In this document: piece by piece, positions 1 to 14,049 of the stretch | How positions within the stretch are numbered: position 1 is the first letter of the stretch | Layout: each line of letters starts with the position of its first letter | Source of the DNA: the human T2T-CHM13v2.0 reference genome, Homo sapiens | DNA: 64,000 bases | Direction: 5' to 3' (one strand) | Assembly: GCF_009914755.1 (NCBI RefSeq) | Contig: NC_060942.1 | The notes under the pieces: generated by a model | Databases searched by the model: none | Seen by the model: only the letters and a program-made list of their open reading frames with translations | What the model was told of the DNA's origin: nothing | Program-made: the position numbers and the translations under genes

Positions 1-39
1 AAGAGACTAATGAAAGAGTCTCTATCTTTTTAATTTCCA

Positions 40-302
40 CTTATTCTTCAACCCACTCCAAACTGGTTTCTGTTTACATACCCTGCATACTTTAATTTCA
101 ATCTGTTCATGTATGGCTTAGATGATACTTAATTTAATACAGTTTTTAAAGTTCTTATCCTGTCCGACATTTAAGCAGTTTTTGACACTGATGGACATTC
201 TTTCCTTCTTGAATCATTTTCTTTCCCTGGCTTCCAAGATACCCTCGTTTTCTTCCTGTGTATAATATTGATCATTCTCAGACTGTTTTTGTGGCTTTCT
301 TT
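40..302 (+). mobile_element. L2 LINE fragment, first part of an interrupted copy
   Basis: Resembles the L2 consensus (caacccactccaaactggtttctg ... agcagtttttgacactgatggacattctttccttcttgaatc ... ggcttccaagatacc); highly diverged. Confidence 0.6.
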
Positions 303-1057
303 TCTCAAAGAAAAGATTGTACTGGACAAAGTTAAAGAAGCAAGGAAGACTTATTCAAGGCTATTGCAATGTGGGAGACAGGCCAGAACTCAGTTTTTTT
401 TTTTTATTATACTTTTAAGTTTTAGGGTACATGTGCACATTGTGCAGGTTAGTTACATATGTATACATGTGCCATGCTGGTGTGCTGCACCCACTAACTC
501 GTCATCTAGCATTAGGTATATCTCCCGATGCTATCCCTCCCCCCTCCCACCACCCCACAACAGTCCCCAGAGTGTGATATTCCCCTTCCTGTGTCCATGT
601 GATCTCATTTTTAATGCAGCTCCTGTGAAAGAAATAGCACCAGGGTTTTGAAGAGCTGCAGTGAAGAGGAACTCACAGGCCATCTGTGTTTGCTAAGTGG
701 CTTAACCCAAAGGAAAAGTAAACTTTCATATATCTTCATAATGGGAGGTATTTTATAATTTGGAGCAAAGTGCCCTCCAAAGTTAGGTTTCTACCCTCAC
801 ACAGAAACTTACAGATGGAGACACTGTCTTCCTTGGTTACATTTCAAAAGCATGGCTCCAAGGTCCTTGCTAAAGACAATTCTGGACTGTAAAACTTGCA
901 AGATGAATTTAAGATTTACATCTCAAAGTCCTAGTGAAACAATTTACAAAGTTTTGTAAAGTAAATGCTCTAGGAAAAGGATGGTTCAGGGACTAGAGAC
1001 AGGAAGACACCTGTCTCAAATCTAGTCAGGCTGAGGGAAACATTGAGGTCAGCAGTC
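303..1057 (-). mobile_element. MER31-like ERV1 solo LTR, split by a young L1 3' end
   Basis: Reverse-complement similarity to the copy at 34062-35705 (e.g. caaggaagacttattcaaggctattgcaat, ttacatttcaaaagcatggctccaaggtccttg, tagtcaggctgaggg); family name from recalled consensus. Confidence 0.7.
394..609 (-). mobile_element. 5'-truncated L1PA2-like 3' UTR (about 216 bp)
   Basis: Poly-T then attatactt(t)taagttttagggtacatgtgcacattgtgcagg, close to the L1HS/L1PA2 3' end; sense strand reads gatgacGAGttagtggg, so it lacks the Ta ACA diagnostic. Confidence 0.9.
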
Positions 1058-1059
1058 CT

Positions 1060-1590
1060 TTCCAGACATTTGAATTTAGACTTTTGTTTTACAATATTTT
1101 TTTCTTGGTTTCCACTTGGAAACCTTTTCTACAGGCATTCTCATCTATTCCTATGGTTTTATCATACATACTGTAATGACTCCCAAATCTTAATTTCCAA
1201 CCTAGCACCATCTTCTGCACTTCAGACATATCTGTTCAATTGCCTATATCCTGTCTTCACTTCAGCATTTCACAGGCACTTCAACATGCCAAAATTCAAA
1301 TCCTAATCTTAGCATTTGCCCTCATATCTGCTAACTCAAATTAAAATACATTTTCTTCAGCTCCAAGTATAATTCATTACTAAGTACTGTTGATTTTCTA
1401 TCCTAATATCTCTCAAAAAAAAGTTTGTATTTCCTACAAAAATAGTTTGCTATTCATTTTGCCATTGTTTACTTACTAGGCCAATAAATCCACTATGACA
1501 GTGACTCTGGCTTGCCACCCTTACCTCTACCAGGTCTGCGTATACTCACCCCTTCCTCTTCCCTCCACTTCCCCTTCTTTGCTGCACACA
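1060..1590 (+). mobile_element. L2 fragment (continuation)
   Basis: aatgactcccaaatcttaatttccaacc ... cttcagacatatctgttcaattgcct ... caggcacttcaacatgccaaaa, typical of the L2 ORF2 3' region; right boundary approximate. Confidence 0.55.
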
Positions 1591-1598
1591 ATGATATA

Positions 1599-3838
1599 GA
1601 GTCATGTGACATATACCAATGCTTTGATCAATGATAGAATTCATAGTTGAGAGTGGTCCCATAAGATTATAATGAAGCTGAAAAATATCTATGGCCTAGT
1701 GATGTTGTAGCCATGATAATGTCATAGGGCAATACCTTCCTCAGGTGTTTATGTTGATGCTTGTGTAAACAAACCTACTGTACTACCAGTTGTATAGAAG
1801 TATAGCACATACAATTATGTATACTACATAATACTTGATAATGTTCATAAATTACTATGTTAATGATTTATGTATTTGCTACACTATACTTTTTATGACT
1901 ATTTCAGAGGGAACTTCTTCTACTTATGTTTTATTTAGAAAAAGTTAACTGTAAAACAGCCTCAGGGAGGTATTTCAGAAGAAGACATTGTTATGATAGA
2001 AGATCTTTCATGTGTCTTCTTGCCCCTAAAGACCTTCTAGTGAGATAAAATGTAGAGATGGAAGACAGTAATATTAGTAATCCTGACCCCATATAGGCCT
2101 AAGCTAATGTGTGTGTGTGTCTTAGTTTTTAACAAGGAAGTTTAAAAAGTAAAATAATAATAATAAATTTTCAAAATAGAAAAAGCTTATAGAATAAAGA
2201 TATAAACTATTTTTGTACAGCCATACTATGTGTTTCTGTTTTAAGCTAATTATTGCAAAAAAGTCAAAAAGTCAAAAAAATTTTAAAATTAAAATGTTAT
2301 AGTAAGTTATGGTTAATTTTTTATTGAAGAAAGAAGATTTTAAAAACAAATTTAGTGTAGCCTATGTGTACAGTGTTTACAAAGTCTACAGTTATGCTCT
2401 GTGATGTCCTAGAGCTTCTCATTCACTCACCATGAACTCACTGACTCACCCAGAGCAGCTGCTAATCCTGCAAGCTCCATTTGTGGTAAGTGCACTAAAC
2501 GGGTTTACCATATTTTATCTTTTATACCTTATTTTTCCTGTACTTTTTCTATGTGTAGACAGACTTAGATGTACAAATACTTGCCACTGTGTTCCAATTG
2601 CCTACAGTAATCAGTATCGTCACATGCTATAGAGATTTTTAGCCTAGGAGCAATAGGCTATACCATGTGGCCTTGGTGTATAGCAGGCTATACCATCTAG
2701 ATTTGTGTAAGTTTACTCTATGATGTTCATGTGATGAAATAACTGAACTAAATAGCTTCTTCACAGCAAAAGAAACTATCATCAGAGTGAACAGGCAACC
2801 TACACGATAAGAGAACATTTTTACAATATACCCATCTGACAAATAACTAGTATCCAGAATCTACAAGGAACTTAAACAAATTTACAAGAAAAAAACAAAC
2901 AACCCCATCAAAACGTGGGCAAAGGATATGATCAGAAACTTCTCAAAAGAAGACATTTATGTGGCGAAAAGACGCATGAAAAAAGCTCATCATCACTGGT
3001 CATTAGAGAAATGCAAATCAAAACTACAATGAGATATCACCTCACTCCAGTTAGAATGGTGATTATTAAAAAGTCAGGAAACAACAGATGCTGGTGAGGT
3101 TTTGGAGAAATAGGAATGTTTTTACACTGTTGGTGGGAGTGTAAATTAGTTCAACCATTGCGGAATAAAGTGTGGCAATTCCTCAAGGATCTAGAACCAG
3201 AAATACCATTTGACCCAGCAATGCTATTGCTGGGTATATACCCAAAGATTATAAATCATTCTATTGTAAAGACACATGCACATGTATGTTTACTGCATTA
3301 TCATTTACAATAGCAAAGATTTGGAACCAACCCAAATTCCCATCAATGATAGACTGGATAAATAAAATGTGGCACATATACACCATGGAATGCTATGCAG
3401 CCAGAAAAAAAGAAAGAGTTCATGTCTTTTGCAGGGACATGGATGAAGCTGGAAGCCATCATTCTCAGCTAACTAACACAGGAACAGAAAATAAAATACT
3501 GCATGTTCTCACTCATAAGTGGGAGTTGAACAATGAGAAAGCATGGACACAGGGAGAGGAACATCCCATACTGGGGCCTGCCAAAGTTTGGGGGGCAAGG
3601 GGAGGGAGAGCACTAGGACAAATACCTAATGCATCAGGGCCTTAAAACCTAGATGATGAGTTGATAGGTGCAGCAAACTGTCATGGCACATACCTACGTA
3701 ACAAACCTACACATTCTGCACATGTATCCCAGAACTTAAAGTAAAATTTTTTAAAAAGAGAGAAAATAAAGAGAGAAAGTAATGGCCTAATGACACATTT
3801 CTCAGAATGTATCACCATTGTTAAGCAATGCATGCCTG
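1599..3838 (-). mobile_element. Tigger3b-like TcMar DNA transposon, split by L1PA8
   Basis: Ends ta|gagtcatgtg and gcatgcctg|ta (degenerate CAGTCATG terminal inverted repeats with TA flanks); internal agcctaggagcaataggctataccat and ggtcccataagattataat. Confidence 0.85.
2740..3778 (+). mobile_element. 5'-truncated L1PA8-like element (ORF2 C-terminus plus 3' UTR, disrupted)
   Basis: ORF track fragments [18 protein letters not shown] and [13 protein letters not shown]; 3' UTR has aatgcatcagggccttaaaacctagatg, resembling L1PA8; A-rich tail. Confidence 0.9.
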
Positions 3839-3844
3839 TATATT

Positions 3845-4350
3845 TAAAAACACACATATTGTTACTCAACTTTGCTGCTTAAAACTCCTCAATCACGGTT
3901 TTTGAGGTAAAGTTCAGAATGTTTCAGAAGCTTATATGTTCTCTACAACAGAGGTTCAATCTACATTTTCAGATTTACCATTCACTGTCCATGCTTCAAC
4001 TATAGTCTTGTTTTTTCTTGTTCCTTTAAAATATAATGTTTTCTTGCTTAATTATATGCATTATATTGTTTCCTCTTTCCTCTACAAATCTTTTGGCTAA
4101 CTCCTATGCTTCCTTCCAAAGTTAGGCTAATACTAATTTTTCAAAAAAAAATGTTCTACCCACCAAACTTCATCCCACTCTGTACTTCCTTCTTTTAATA
4201 GACATCATACTTCATCAAATTCTGTTCCCAGAACAAGAACCTTCGTAAGAGTTTAGCCAGAGTCAAGCTTGCACACTGCTAATTCTGACACCTAGAACAG
4301 AGGCTGGTATAAAGTCAGTGTTTCACGAATACGGATTATATTAAATGAAC
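3845..4350 (+). mobile_element. L2 3' portion (continuation)
   Basis: tgcttaaaactcctcaat ... cacctagaacagaggctggtataaagtcagtg ... attaaatgaa resembles the L2 3' end. Confidence 0.45.
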
Positions 4351-5859
4351 CACATATTAAAGTAGCAACTCCTAATACAAATGCCCATTGTACATAAGCA
4401 CATATAACTTATCTACTCCAATAAACATTCTTCAAAATGACTGAAGAAGATTACAGGAAAACTAAGCCCAAACATGGCTTTAGAAAGTTAAACTACAGTA
4501 GCGTGTAAAGTGCATATTTTTCCAAAGCAAGAATTATCTTGAAAGAGTAATCCAATGAAGTATAGTATATTGAACTCACGGAAATGTCACAACAATCACA
4601 TCACCTGATATCAGTTGTCCTGGTCATTCATATCATAATTTAGTTCACATAGTACATCACATCCAGAAGGTTAAGGGCAAGATGCCTGAGGATGGTGTCA
4701 AATTTACGAAAGTGTGAATAAATATTCATGAGCCTACAGCATCTCATGATGCCCTTTGACAAACTTTCCAGGAGAATTAAGAGTTTGTCAAGATTTCAAA
4801 GCTCAGATGATTGATGTTTCCAATAGCTTGTTATAAATATGCAGTGTGATTTTCTTAGAGGGAGAAGCTTCTCATCACTAGAAGTTTTTGAAAGTCTTCA
4901 GGAGCATTTTTTTTGTCATGAATAGTAATTTGTCACTAAAGATCCCATGAGACAACGTTATCCCTAGCTTACTGAGGATATGATCTGAGAGACTGAAACT
5001 TAAAAAGGGGATCAATAATTATTCAAACAATCTATTGTGAAAATTCTCATAAAATTTAAAAAACAAAGGAAGACTGACTATTTACACATTGTGCTCTGAA
5101 AACAATGATACACATTGGGTTAATTATGTTAGTAGGAATTATGTGAAAACCTGTTAATGAAATCACACTAAAGATGCATGGTGAAAAAAGCCCGTGAAGA
5201 AACTTTTAACCCTCTTTATTTAATTAAATCCTTATTTTTCTGGATTAAAAAGAGGAGATAGAGGTATATCTTTAAAAAATACGAGAATGGTTGAAGATTA
5301 CCCATCAGTAATTGAAAGTAATAAGGTTCAGTAAAGAAGATAAAATGTGAAAAGTGTTCACATATGTTCCTACTAATAGTAACATTTTATTTAAATGTTT
5401 TGGAAAGTATTTCACAGTATTCAATGAAATCCTTGCAATGTTAAAAGCCTTTCAGTTTTTCATTTCACTTATAGTAATGTATCCTAGTGAAACAATTGGA
5501 CTTATAGAAAATACTAATTCAGCATTATTATAACAACCAATAATAGAATTATCTCATATCCAATGATAGAATTATATAAATTACTAGTATATTGATATTT
5601 CTGAATCTTTATGTATTAGAAAGTTTACTTATAGAGATTACATAATTAGAATAATTACAATTCTTAATAATGTGTGCTTGCTTAGGCAAGAGAGCAAAAA
5701 CAGACTTCCAAATTATACATAAAATTGTATAAATTCTGTATATACACATCATGATATCAATGATTTAAAAATATGTATGGAAAATGGAATAAATACTATG
5801 CTTATCAGTTATTTTAGACTATTAGTATGCCACAAATAATCAGAAAATATTTTACTGTA

Positions 5860-6406
5860 TTTAAAGAGATGTTATTTTTTAGAGCAGTTTTAGATTCTCA
5901 GCAGAATCAAGAGGAAACTACAGGAAGTTCCCCTATAATCCCTGAGCTCACACAAGCACAGCCTTAGCCACTACCAGCGTTGCACATCAGAGTGGTACAT
6001 TTATTACAAATGATGAACCAGCACTGACACATCTTTCTCACCCAAAGTCCGTAATTTACACTGGAGTTCACTCTTGGTGTTGTATATTCTCTATGGGTTT
6101 TGACAAAGATATAACGGTGTGTATTCACCATTACAGTATTCTAGAGAATAGTTTCATTTCCCTAAAAATCCTCTGTACTCCACTGATTCATCCCCCTCTC
6201 TCCTAACTCCTGGCAATCACTAATCTTTTCACTACCACCATAGTTTGCCTTTTCCAGAATGTCATATAATTGGAATCATATGAGCCTCTTTAGTTGGCTT
6301 CTTTCACTTAGTAATATACATGAAATGTGTCTCCATGTCACTTCATTTCTGGATGGCTCATTTCTTTTTAACACTGAATAATATTCCATTTTACTCATGT
6401 ACCATA
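5860..6406 (-). mobile_element. L1MC1-like 3' end
   Basis: ttttttagagcagttttagattc, catcagagtggtacatttattacaa, cacccaaagtcc, cactcttggtgttgtatattct, ccctaaaaatcctctgt. Confidence 0.8.
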
Positions 6407-6641
6407 TGTACTGTGAGCTTATTGACTATTGTCTTCAGAATTATAAAATAAAATGTATATTAGTTATTACCACATAAAATACAATGCAAATTTAAGCTAA
6501 TGCCAAAGAAATCTATAGGGTTATTGTATACTTTATTACTGCATTCTTTCCTTAAAAAAAGAATTTTCCAGGGAACACCACATTTTATATAAAATGTGTT
6601 CTTCTGAGATGTGCCAAAGTCAAAATAAAAAACGAGCTCTC

Positions 6642-7034
6642 TAATATGGTTTGGCTCTGTGTCTTTACCCAAATCTCATGTCAAATTGTGATCCCCAGTG
6701 TTGGAGGAGAGGCCTGGTGGAAGGTGATTTGATCATAGGGATGGTTTCTAATGGTTTAGCACCATCCACCTAGTCCTGTCTCATGATAGCGTTCTCACAA
6801 GATGTGGTTGTTTAAAAGTGTGTAGCACTTCCCCTTTGCTCTCTCTTCCTCCTGCTCCAGCCATGTAGGATGTGCTGGCTTCCCCTTCGCCTTCCACTGT
6901 GATTGTAAGTTTCCTGAGGCCTCCACAGCCATGCCTCCTGTACAGCCCACATAACAGTTAGCCAATTAAACCTTTTTTCTTTATAAATTACCCAGTCTCA
7001 GGTAATTCTTTATAGCAATGCGAGAACTAATACA
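6642..7034 (+). mobile_element. MSTA-like ERVL-MaLR solo LTR
   Basis: Starts t(a)atatggtttggctctgtgtc, ends ttctttatagcaatgcgagaactaataca; internal gattgtaagtttcctgaggcctcc. Confidence 0.85.
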
Positions 7035-8442
7035 CTATGTTATACATTACAGAGTGCTCAACATATGTTACAATTTCTAATTATTTTTAATGAAAGCACT
7101 TTCTGTGTCTGAGCCCTACAGACAAAAGCATTCTCCCAGTGGTGGAAGCGGACTGGGGAGGAGGTTAGAGACTGGGTATGCTTGGCTGCAAAGTTCTAGA
7201 ATTACCACCTACATTTATCTCTTGTAAGGCTTCTTTTAAGCTCCATTAACACAAATTCTGATAAGTTGACCCTTACAAAATCCAAAATGCCCAGGTGGAT
7301 TGATTTCTAAAATGCCTCTATATTTCTTCAGTAATAAGCCTTTAATCTAAAAAGAAGGAAGAAAATACAAGTATTTTGGTAAGCTCTATTCAGTCCTTCG
7401 ACCTGAACCAGCAGTCTTCTGCTGAGATAAATGTGGCAGTAGTCAAGATGGTAAAGCTAAGAAAATAGACTTTGTGCTGTTTTAACAGTCTTGTTCATCT
7501 GATTGAATCAGTTAGAAGTTTCATTAAAACAACATATATACAGACATACAAGCACACACATATATATTTGAATGACAGTTGTAGTAACTTTGGGCAATGG
7601 GGAATTTTAAAATATGCATTATGGAACTGTAAAGAAACTGAGATTCCCACACTTACTACAGTGATATCTCCACATCCTTAGCAACAACTCTTAACAGAAT
7701 TTACTCCCCACCAGCAGGCAGTTTCATCACACAATAACTCAAATGAATCTAAATAGGCACTTAGGGAAGAGAGAATTCAGTCATACAAAAGGCAGTTTAG
7801 GAAGGCATGTATCTTTATTATTATTACATATGGGTTTCAAAGCCAGTATCGCATTTTCAAACTTGTCTGATCATATTTGGAGGATTAACAAAGCAATCCA
7901 CCAATGGTAACTTTGCAAGGTGATTTAAGGGGACTATGAGAAAGGATAAAAAGTATTTGGGTCTTTGGCTTCACCCTAAATGGACTATGATCCATGAGCC
8001 CTTTCAACTCTCAGTTTGTGAAATACCTAGAGAATAAAGTCATCTAAAGAAAAAGAGGTGAGGGACTCAAGAAATTTAAAATTATCACTGAAATAATGAT
8101 TAGAGCAAAAGGACGGATAGGTAACCACTCAGATTATCCTTTGACCCTGTCTCCCCTGTGCCAGCTTTCTAGAGATAACGGACTACGAGATAAGAGCAGG
8201 GAAGATTCTATGTCACAAATCACTGCAGGCATCTTGGAAGTTCAGTCATACAGATGTGTGGCAGAGAAATGCAATACAATACAAAAAGGATGGAGATGAA
8301 TTTCCTAAACACCAGTGGGAGACACCACAGCAAGATCACATCCAGCCACACATACCAGGTAGTAGAGAGACTTCCTGGGGAGGGCTTTCCCTCATCCCTT
8401 TCCACTTGGCCACAACCCTACAGGTGAAAATGGCAAGGGCTA

Positions 8443-8804
<362 letters not shown>

Positions 8805-11800
8805 TTACATTAGTAAGAAAATTAATTTGTTGTTGTTTTTTTCAATTTAATCTTTAGCTACAATTTCTGTATATGTTAATAGATTGGTACACTTTTCAGT
8901 TTAAGGTAAGGTAAATCATCTTTTCTCATCTTAAAATAGCTCTCTAACTAGAAAATACAAAATGTTTAGAAAAAAATGCAAAAAATCAGAAGAAACATGG
9001 GTTGTCAATGGAAGTGTTATCAATATCCCAATATTTGCTGAGAGTGTACTTTGCGCCAAATGTAGTAAACAATAAAAAGTAACAGGATTCCTTTCCTCAT
9101 GGGTCCTAAGATCTTATTGAGAAAAATCAGTCTAACATCACATGAAACAATTAGAAAACAATTAAGTATGTAAGTATTTTGTACTGAGTAAATAATAAGC
9201 ACATTGGGAGAAGAGGGAGAGAAAGTAACCTGTATAATTTCTCTGCTGCCGGCAATCTTAGAAGTAACTTGAAGCAGCTGAGGTTAAAAAAAGCGGAAAG
9301 CACACAATTGTAGATAGCCCATAAGGAGCTGAGAGGAGGCAATAAATGCGTTAGCAAGACACCAGTACAGCACCATTCTTTCAAATAAAATGTGGCTTTA
9401 GGAGTGGCAGAATAAGTGCTTTTGTTTCTTTGCCTCCATTTTTCCACACTTCCATGTGCTGTGACCCCCCTTAATTCCAAAGGTATTTTTTTTTTTTTCT
9501 GTGCATCCGATCTTTCTTAAATTCTCTCTGATGAGACAGTTTTCCCCTCTCTCACAAAACTCTTTATCCTGGCTGGGAGATGTGTTGCATTTGCAGGTAG
9601 TTCTAAGAACAACAAACATGGCATGAATGTTAGCATCTGCCATGGCTGTTTCTCTCCCACCACCTTCTGTAAGGAGTGATCCCCTTGGCTTCCAAAACCA
9701 TTTCTAATACCAGGTGGGATGTTGTTGGGGGGAGAAGTAATAATTCATAGAAAAGTGATTTGTAAGTTATTTTTTAATCTGTTTGATTCTCATAAAATAT
9801 TTAAAGTAATTACTTAAGCTATTTGAGATCCTCCAAGTTTTAAAATTAACAAAGCAAAGCAATAGTTTAAGCAGTAAATATCTATGCTTCTAATATATAG
9901 ATTTACATGACACAGCTGAAAGCTAAAATATTATATCTCATAAACCTGCCTAACCAACAAAATGTTGTACATTATGTTTGTATAATCATAGACATTTTAG
10001 TAATTTTTCACATGAGCTATTTTCGTAGGCAATAGAAAGATGATCATTATGATAATCCCGATGATGATTTAACAAATTCCGAACTAGGTGTTTAGAGTTA
10101 ATTTTATCGTGGTGTTTTTATACTTGATAAGCACTCATTTATGATTTTAAAACCTATCTATGATAATATGTTCTGTCACTTTTATGTATATGTTCTTTTT
10201 AAAAGAAATTTTCCCCAGTTTGCCCAACAGATTGTTCAACTATTTTCTCCTGGTTTTTATACAATTGAATGGATTTTTCTTTACTGCTTCCATTCTTTAT
10301 TGATTCTTTGCATTTTAACTTTTGACATAACTGAAGAAATCTATTCTTTACTGCATTCATAGAAGGAAAAATCCTCAAAACATAGACTGAGATTATTAAG
10401 GGAGAAGAGCATTGTGGATTATACTACTTTTAAATACATGTTCTATTAGCTGGTCATTTTGTGTTAATATCAGATGTAATGTACTTAAAAAAACAGTTAC
10501 AATAGAAATGGAAGTCTAATAAAAAGAAATTTTCTTTGATTATAGGGACAGAAACCTTTTAATAAAATAACATTTGAAAACATTATCAGACTTTTTTTTC
10601 CAACACCTACAAAATTTGTTTAAAATTCATGTAAATGCTCTACATAATATCAAAAATAATTCTATAAAACCACATTGAAAGAAAAAAAAGTTATGATATT
10701 ACAGATGCTATTACTTTAAACAGCATGGATAACTACTGTATTGATCAATTATTTCCATTCAGACAATTGTTAGGGCAACTTTTACTGCCACTTAACCATG
10801 TATTAGTGCCTTAATAACACAAAGTAATACATTGTAATTTTGTGAGGTTTGTGATGATAAATCTGTCATTTACCAGTGGTTAGCAACAAATTTTGAGGCG
10901 TGCCCAATGCAGAGCATATCCTATTAAGTTTAAAAATTCATTAAAGTTTCTATGTGCCAGATGGCACAATGTAAGAAATATTTGAAGTACACAGCAATTA
11001 AAACTCATAAACATATAAAAGCCTAGCTGGCAATTTGTTATATATATTGCATGTTAGAGCACCACAAATTGCTGGCTAGATAATATCCATCTGTTAATAT
11101 GTTGAATTTCTCAGAACATAAGTAAATAGATAAGCTTGAGGCAAATTCACATTCTGATTTCTAAAGACTATAAAGCCTTTCATTTATTTCTTCAGTGTTA
11201 TAAGGCACAATTGCACTTCAAACTGGAAATGCTCAGGAAGATGAAGACACCAAGCATTTAGAAAATTATCATCAGAGACTGACTGATTGATTTGCCTAAG
11301 AAGTAAAATTCATTTTTAAAAAGTACCCTTGCATATCCTATTAAGAGCAAGTTGAGGTTTGAACTAGGAGAGCAATCACAAGAATGCTAAATTTCTAATT
11401 TAATATTATATTTTTTACGATAGCTTTTAAATTTGAAGAGTAATTCCTTTGAGTCTATGCTGATTATATTTACCCAAACAAATGTACTACCTGTTTACAC
11501 TTGACCTTCCACAAATTACCTCAATTATTTAAAAATATGTTTTTATTCAATACCTAATTATAATACTTATTTGAATGATCTGAGAATGCATTATTTACCC
11601 CTTGCATTATTCAACCTTATTTTCATCATTAACTAAATGATAATATTTAAACCTCATATTACTAAGTGGAAGGTCTCCCCAATCCAGAATATATTTAATT
11701 ACCTTTAATCTTATGTTTTGCTTGAAATAAGTATTAATTAAATATTAAAAATCTCCAAATATGGTTTTGAAAATGAAATTTTCTTCATCTGTAACAATAA

Positions 11801-11854
11801 ATAATTTAATAAAATGATAAAACAATTTGTCTACTTATGTTTAATATCTACTAG

Positions 11855-11990
11855 TCACTGTATAATCATATTTTAATTTTATTTTTACATCATACCCATG
11901 CAGTCGATTTTATTATGCCAGTTTTACAAATGAAGAAATTGAAGCTGAGGGAGGTTAGTTAACTTGCTCAAGGCCACAGAGCTAGTAACT
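11855..11990 (-). mobile_element. MIR SINE
   Basis: Core ttttacaaatgaagaaattgaagctgagggaggttagttaacttgctcaaggccacagagctagtaa. Confidence 0.75.
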
Positions 11991-13843
11991 TAAAAAACTA
12001 AAATTGAGAGCCTGCAGTTTAATTTACAAAAAGTATTTTTTGTAAAAGTGATGTCTAGACTCAAATTGTCTAGTTTGGAAGCCCAAATGACAACTACAGG
12101 CAGCATCTCTCAAAGCAAGTTAATGAGTAGAAATTTCTAGAACCATAACTCTGTTTAAATCCATACTGTATAAGGATGTGGCAAACATCATAAGCTTCCA
12201 TTGGGAGGGGGAAAATAACAAAAAAACCTCTATCAGGCATTTTTTAAACAGGAATAAACACTAAGGATATCATAATCCTGTTGGAAAATAGAACATTAAC
12301 ATAAAAGTGGTTTTAAATATGTCAAATCATGAGCATATGCTGACATATGTGTATATATGCACATATATGTAAGTCAGAGAGATAAATACGGCTTTCAAAT
12401 GATGTGAGGAATAATTAAAAATCTGTGGAAGTACTTGGTTTAATAGCTTGAAAAAGAGGAATTAAAATCTATTGAATTAGAACATTATATTTCTAGATTT
12501 TTTTAGCTCATAATGGTCTTAAAATATAGGCCATTTGTGAAATTGAAAAAAATCATCTAGTACACTAGGGAACAGTGCAAATTAAGTGTTGCTTACTTTA
12601 CTATCTGATTATACTACAGAATCCATTGATGGTAACAAAGTTAAAAAAAAACTTACATAAATAAGTTAGATGGAGTTTTGTAAACACTGCTTCATTCAAA
12701 AACTTAGCTAGACTATACTCAGAAAAATTCCTTAAAGTATATTGTAACTTCTGACGTTTCATATATCCTACAGAAATCATCTAGTCTTCTCCCATGACTT
12801 CATATGTGATATAAAAGTAACCCCAATCTATACTCCTATAGAAATTTAGGAAAATGGGTAATAAATATTATTTTGTAAACTAGACTATCTAAATATTGGT
12901 CATGTGTTACAAGAGCTATTTTGGTAAGACGTATAAGATTTATATGAGACTACAATAAAATTTCAGTTTAGTGTGTGATCAAATCATAGCCAGGATGATG
13001 ATTTTATTGATTATTAATATGATCTCATGACTTAATTCAAGACACAATGAAGTGAAAATAAAATTTAAGCAAAAAATCTGATAATATGTTTCAGCAAATA
13101 TATTCTATCTGATTTCATCACATCAATATTCGTGCAAAAACTAAGCAATTTTACAGGTAATTTTCTCATGAAATATTGATCAGCTAGACATTATCCTTTG
13201 CCAGGATTCATGTTGATAACCAAAACACACTTAATTATTTTGTATAAACAACCAAACGAAACCAAACCAAACCAAAGTATCCCAGCTAAGTAAACAAACA
13301 GAAACACATTCAAATAAAACTGTCATAGTGGTTATCAAATATGCCGTAAAAACAAATACAAATGGATGGTTTCCTTTGTTTCCTCCTCTCAGAAAACTTA
13401 TACTAGTTTTCCATGGAACTACAATACATTGAATTAATAATTGAGGTATGTTGTATTTATTTTTAGTAACAATAACAACAACTTTAAAATATGGACAGAT
13501 ATCTCTAGAAATCACACTTCTTGTAAAAAATGAAACTAACTTTACAGAGGCAAAACTTCACAGGTCTGTTGTTTATATTTTACAGTCTGAAGAATGGTAA
13601 AAACTTGAAGATACTTTTGAATCTGATAATAAATTCTGAGAAATAAAGGTGAACAGACTTATTTTTCATAAATTGAGTTGAAATACTTCTTAAATAATTA
13701 AGCAGAATCACTAATCAAGCAAAGATGTTATGTATGATAAACAATTTTTGATCTAAAAAATAGCTAAAATTTTTAAGGGTCCATATTAGTTATATTTATT
13801 CACATGTGAAGTTAAAATTCGTGTGGGTGTGGGTTTTTTTCTA

Positions 13844-14015
13844 AGAAAATATTTGCAAACTACCCAGCTGACAGTGTTTTACTATCCAGACTATACAAGA
13901 AACACAAACATCTCAACAGCAAAAACAAAACACATACCTGATTTTAAAATGAGCAAATGACTTGAAGAGACATTTCTCAAAAGAAGACATAAAAATGATC
14001 AACAAATATATGAAA
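13844..14015 (+). mobile_element. Old L1M ORF2 3' fragment
   Basis: gaaaatatttgcaaactac ... atccagactatacaag ... gacatttctcaaaagaagacata. Confidence 0.7.
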
Positions 14016-14049
14016 TAAAAAAAAGATTTTTAAAAATAATTAACTGGTA

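Noticed and set aside
268-651. 127-aa ORF
   Set aside because: Runs across MER31 and antisense L1PA2 3' UTR sequence; a chance frame in repeats.
4755-4792. Inverted repeat ttgacaaact ... agtttgtcaa as a miRNA-like hairpin
   Set aside because: Stem is only about 10 bp, too short for a pre-miRNA and expected by chance.
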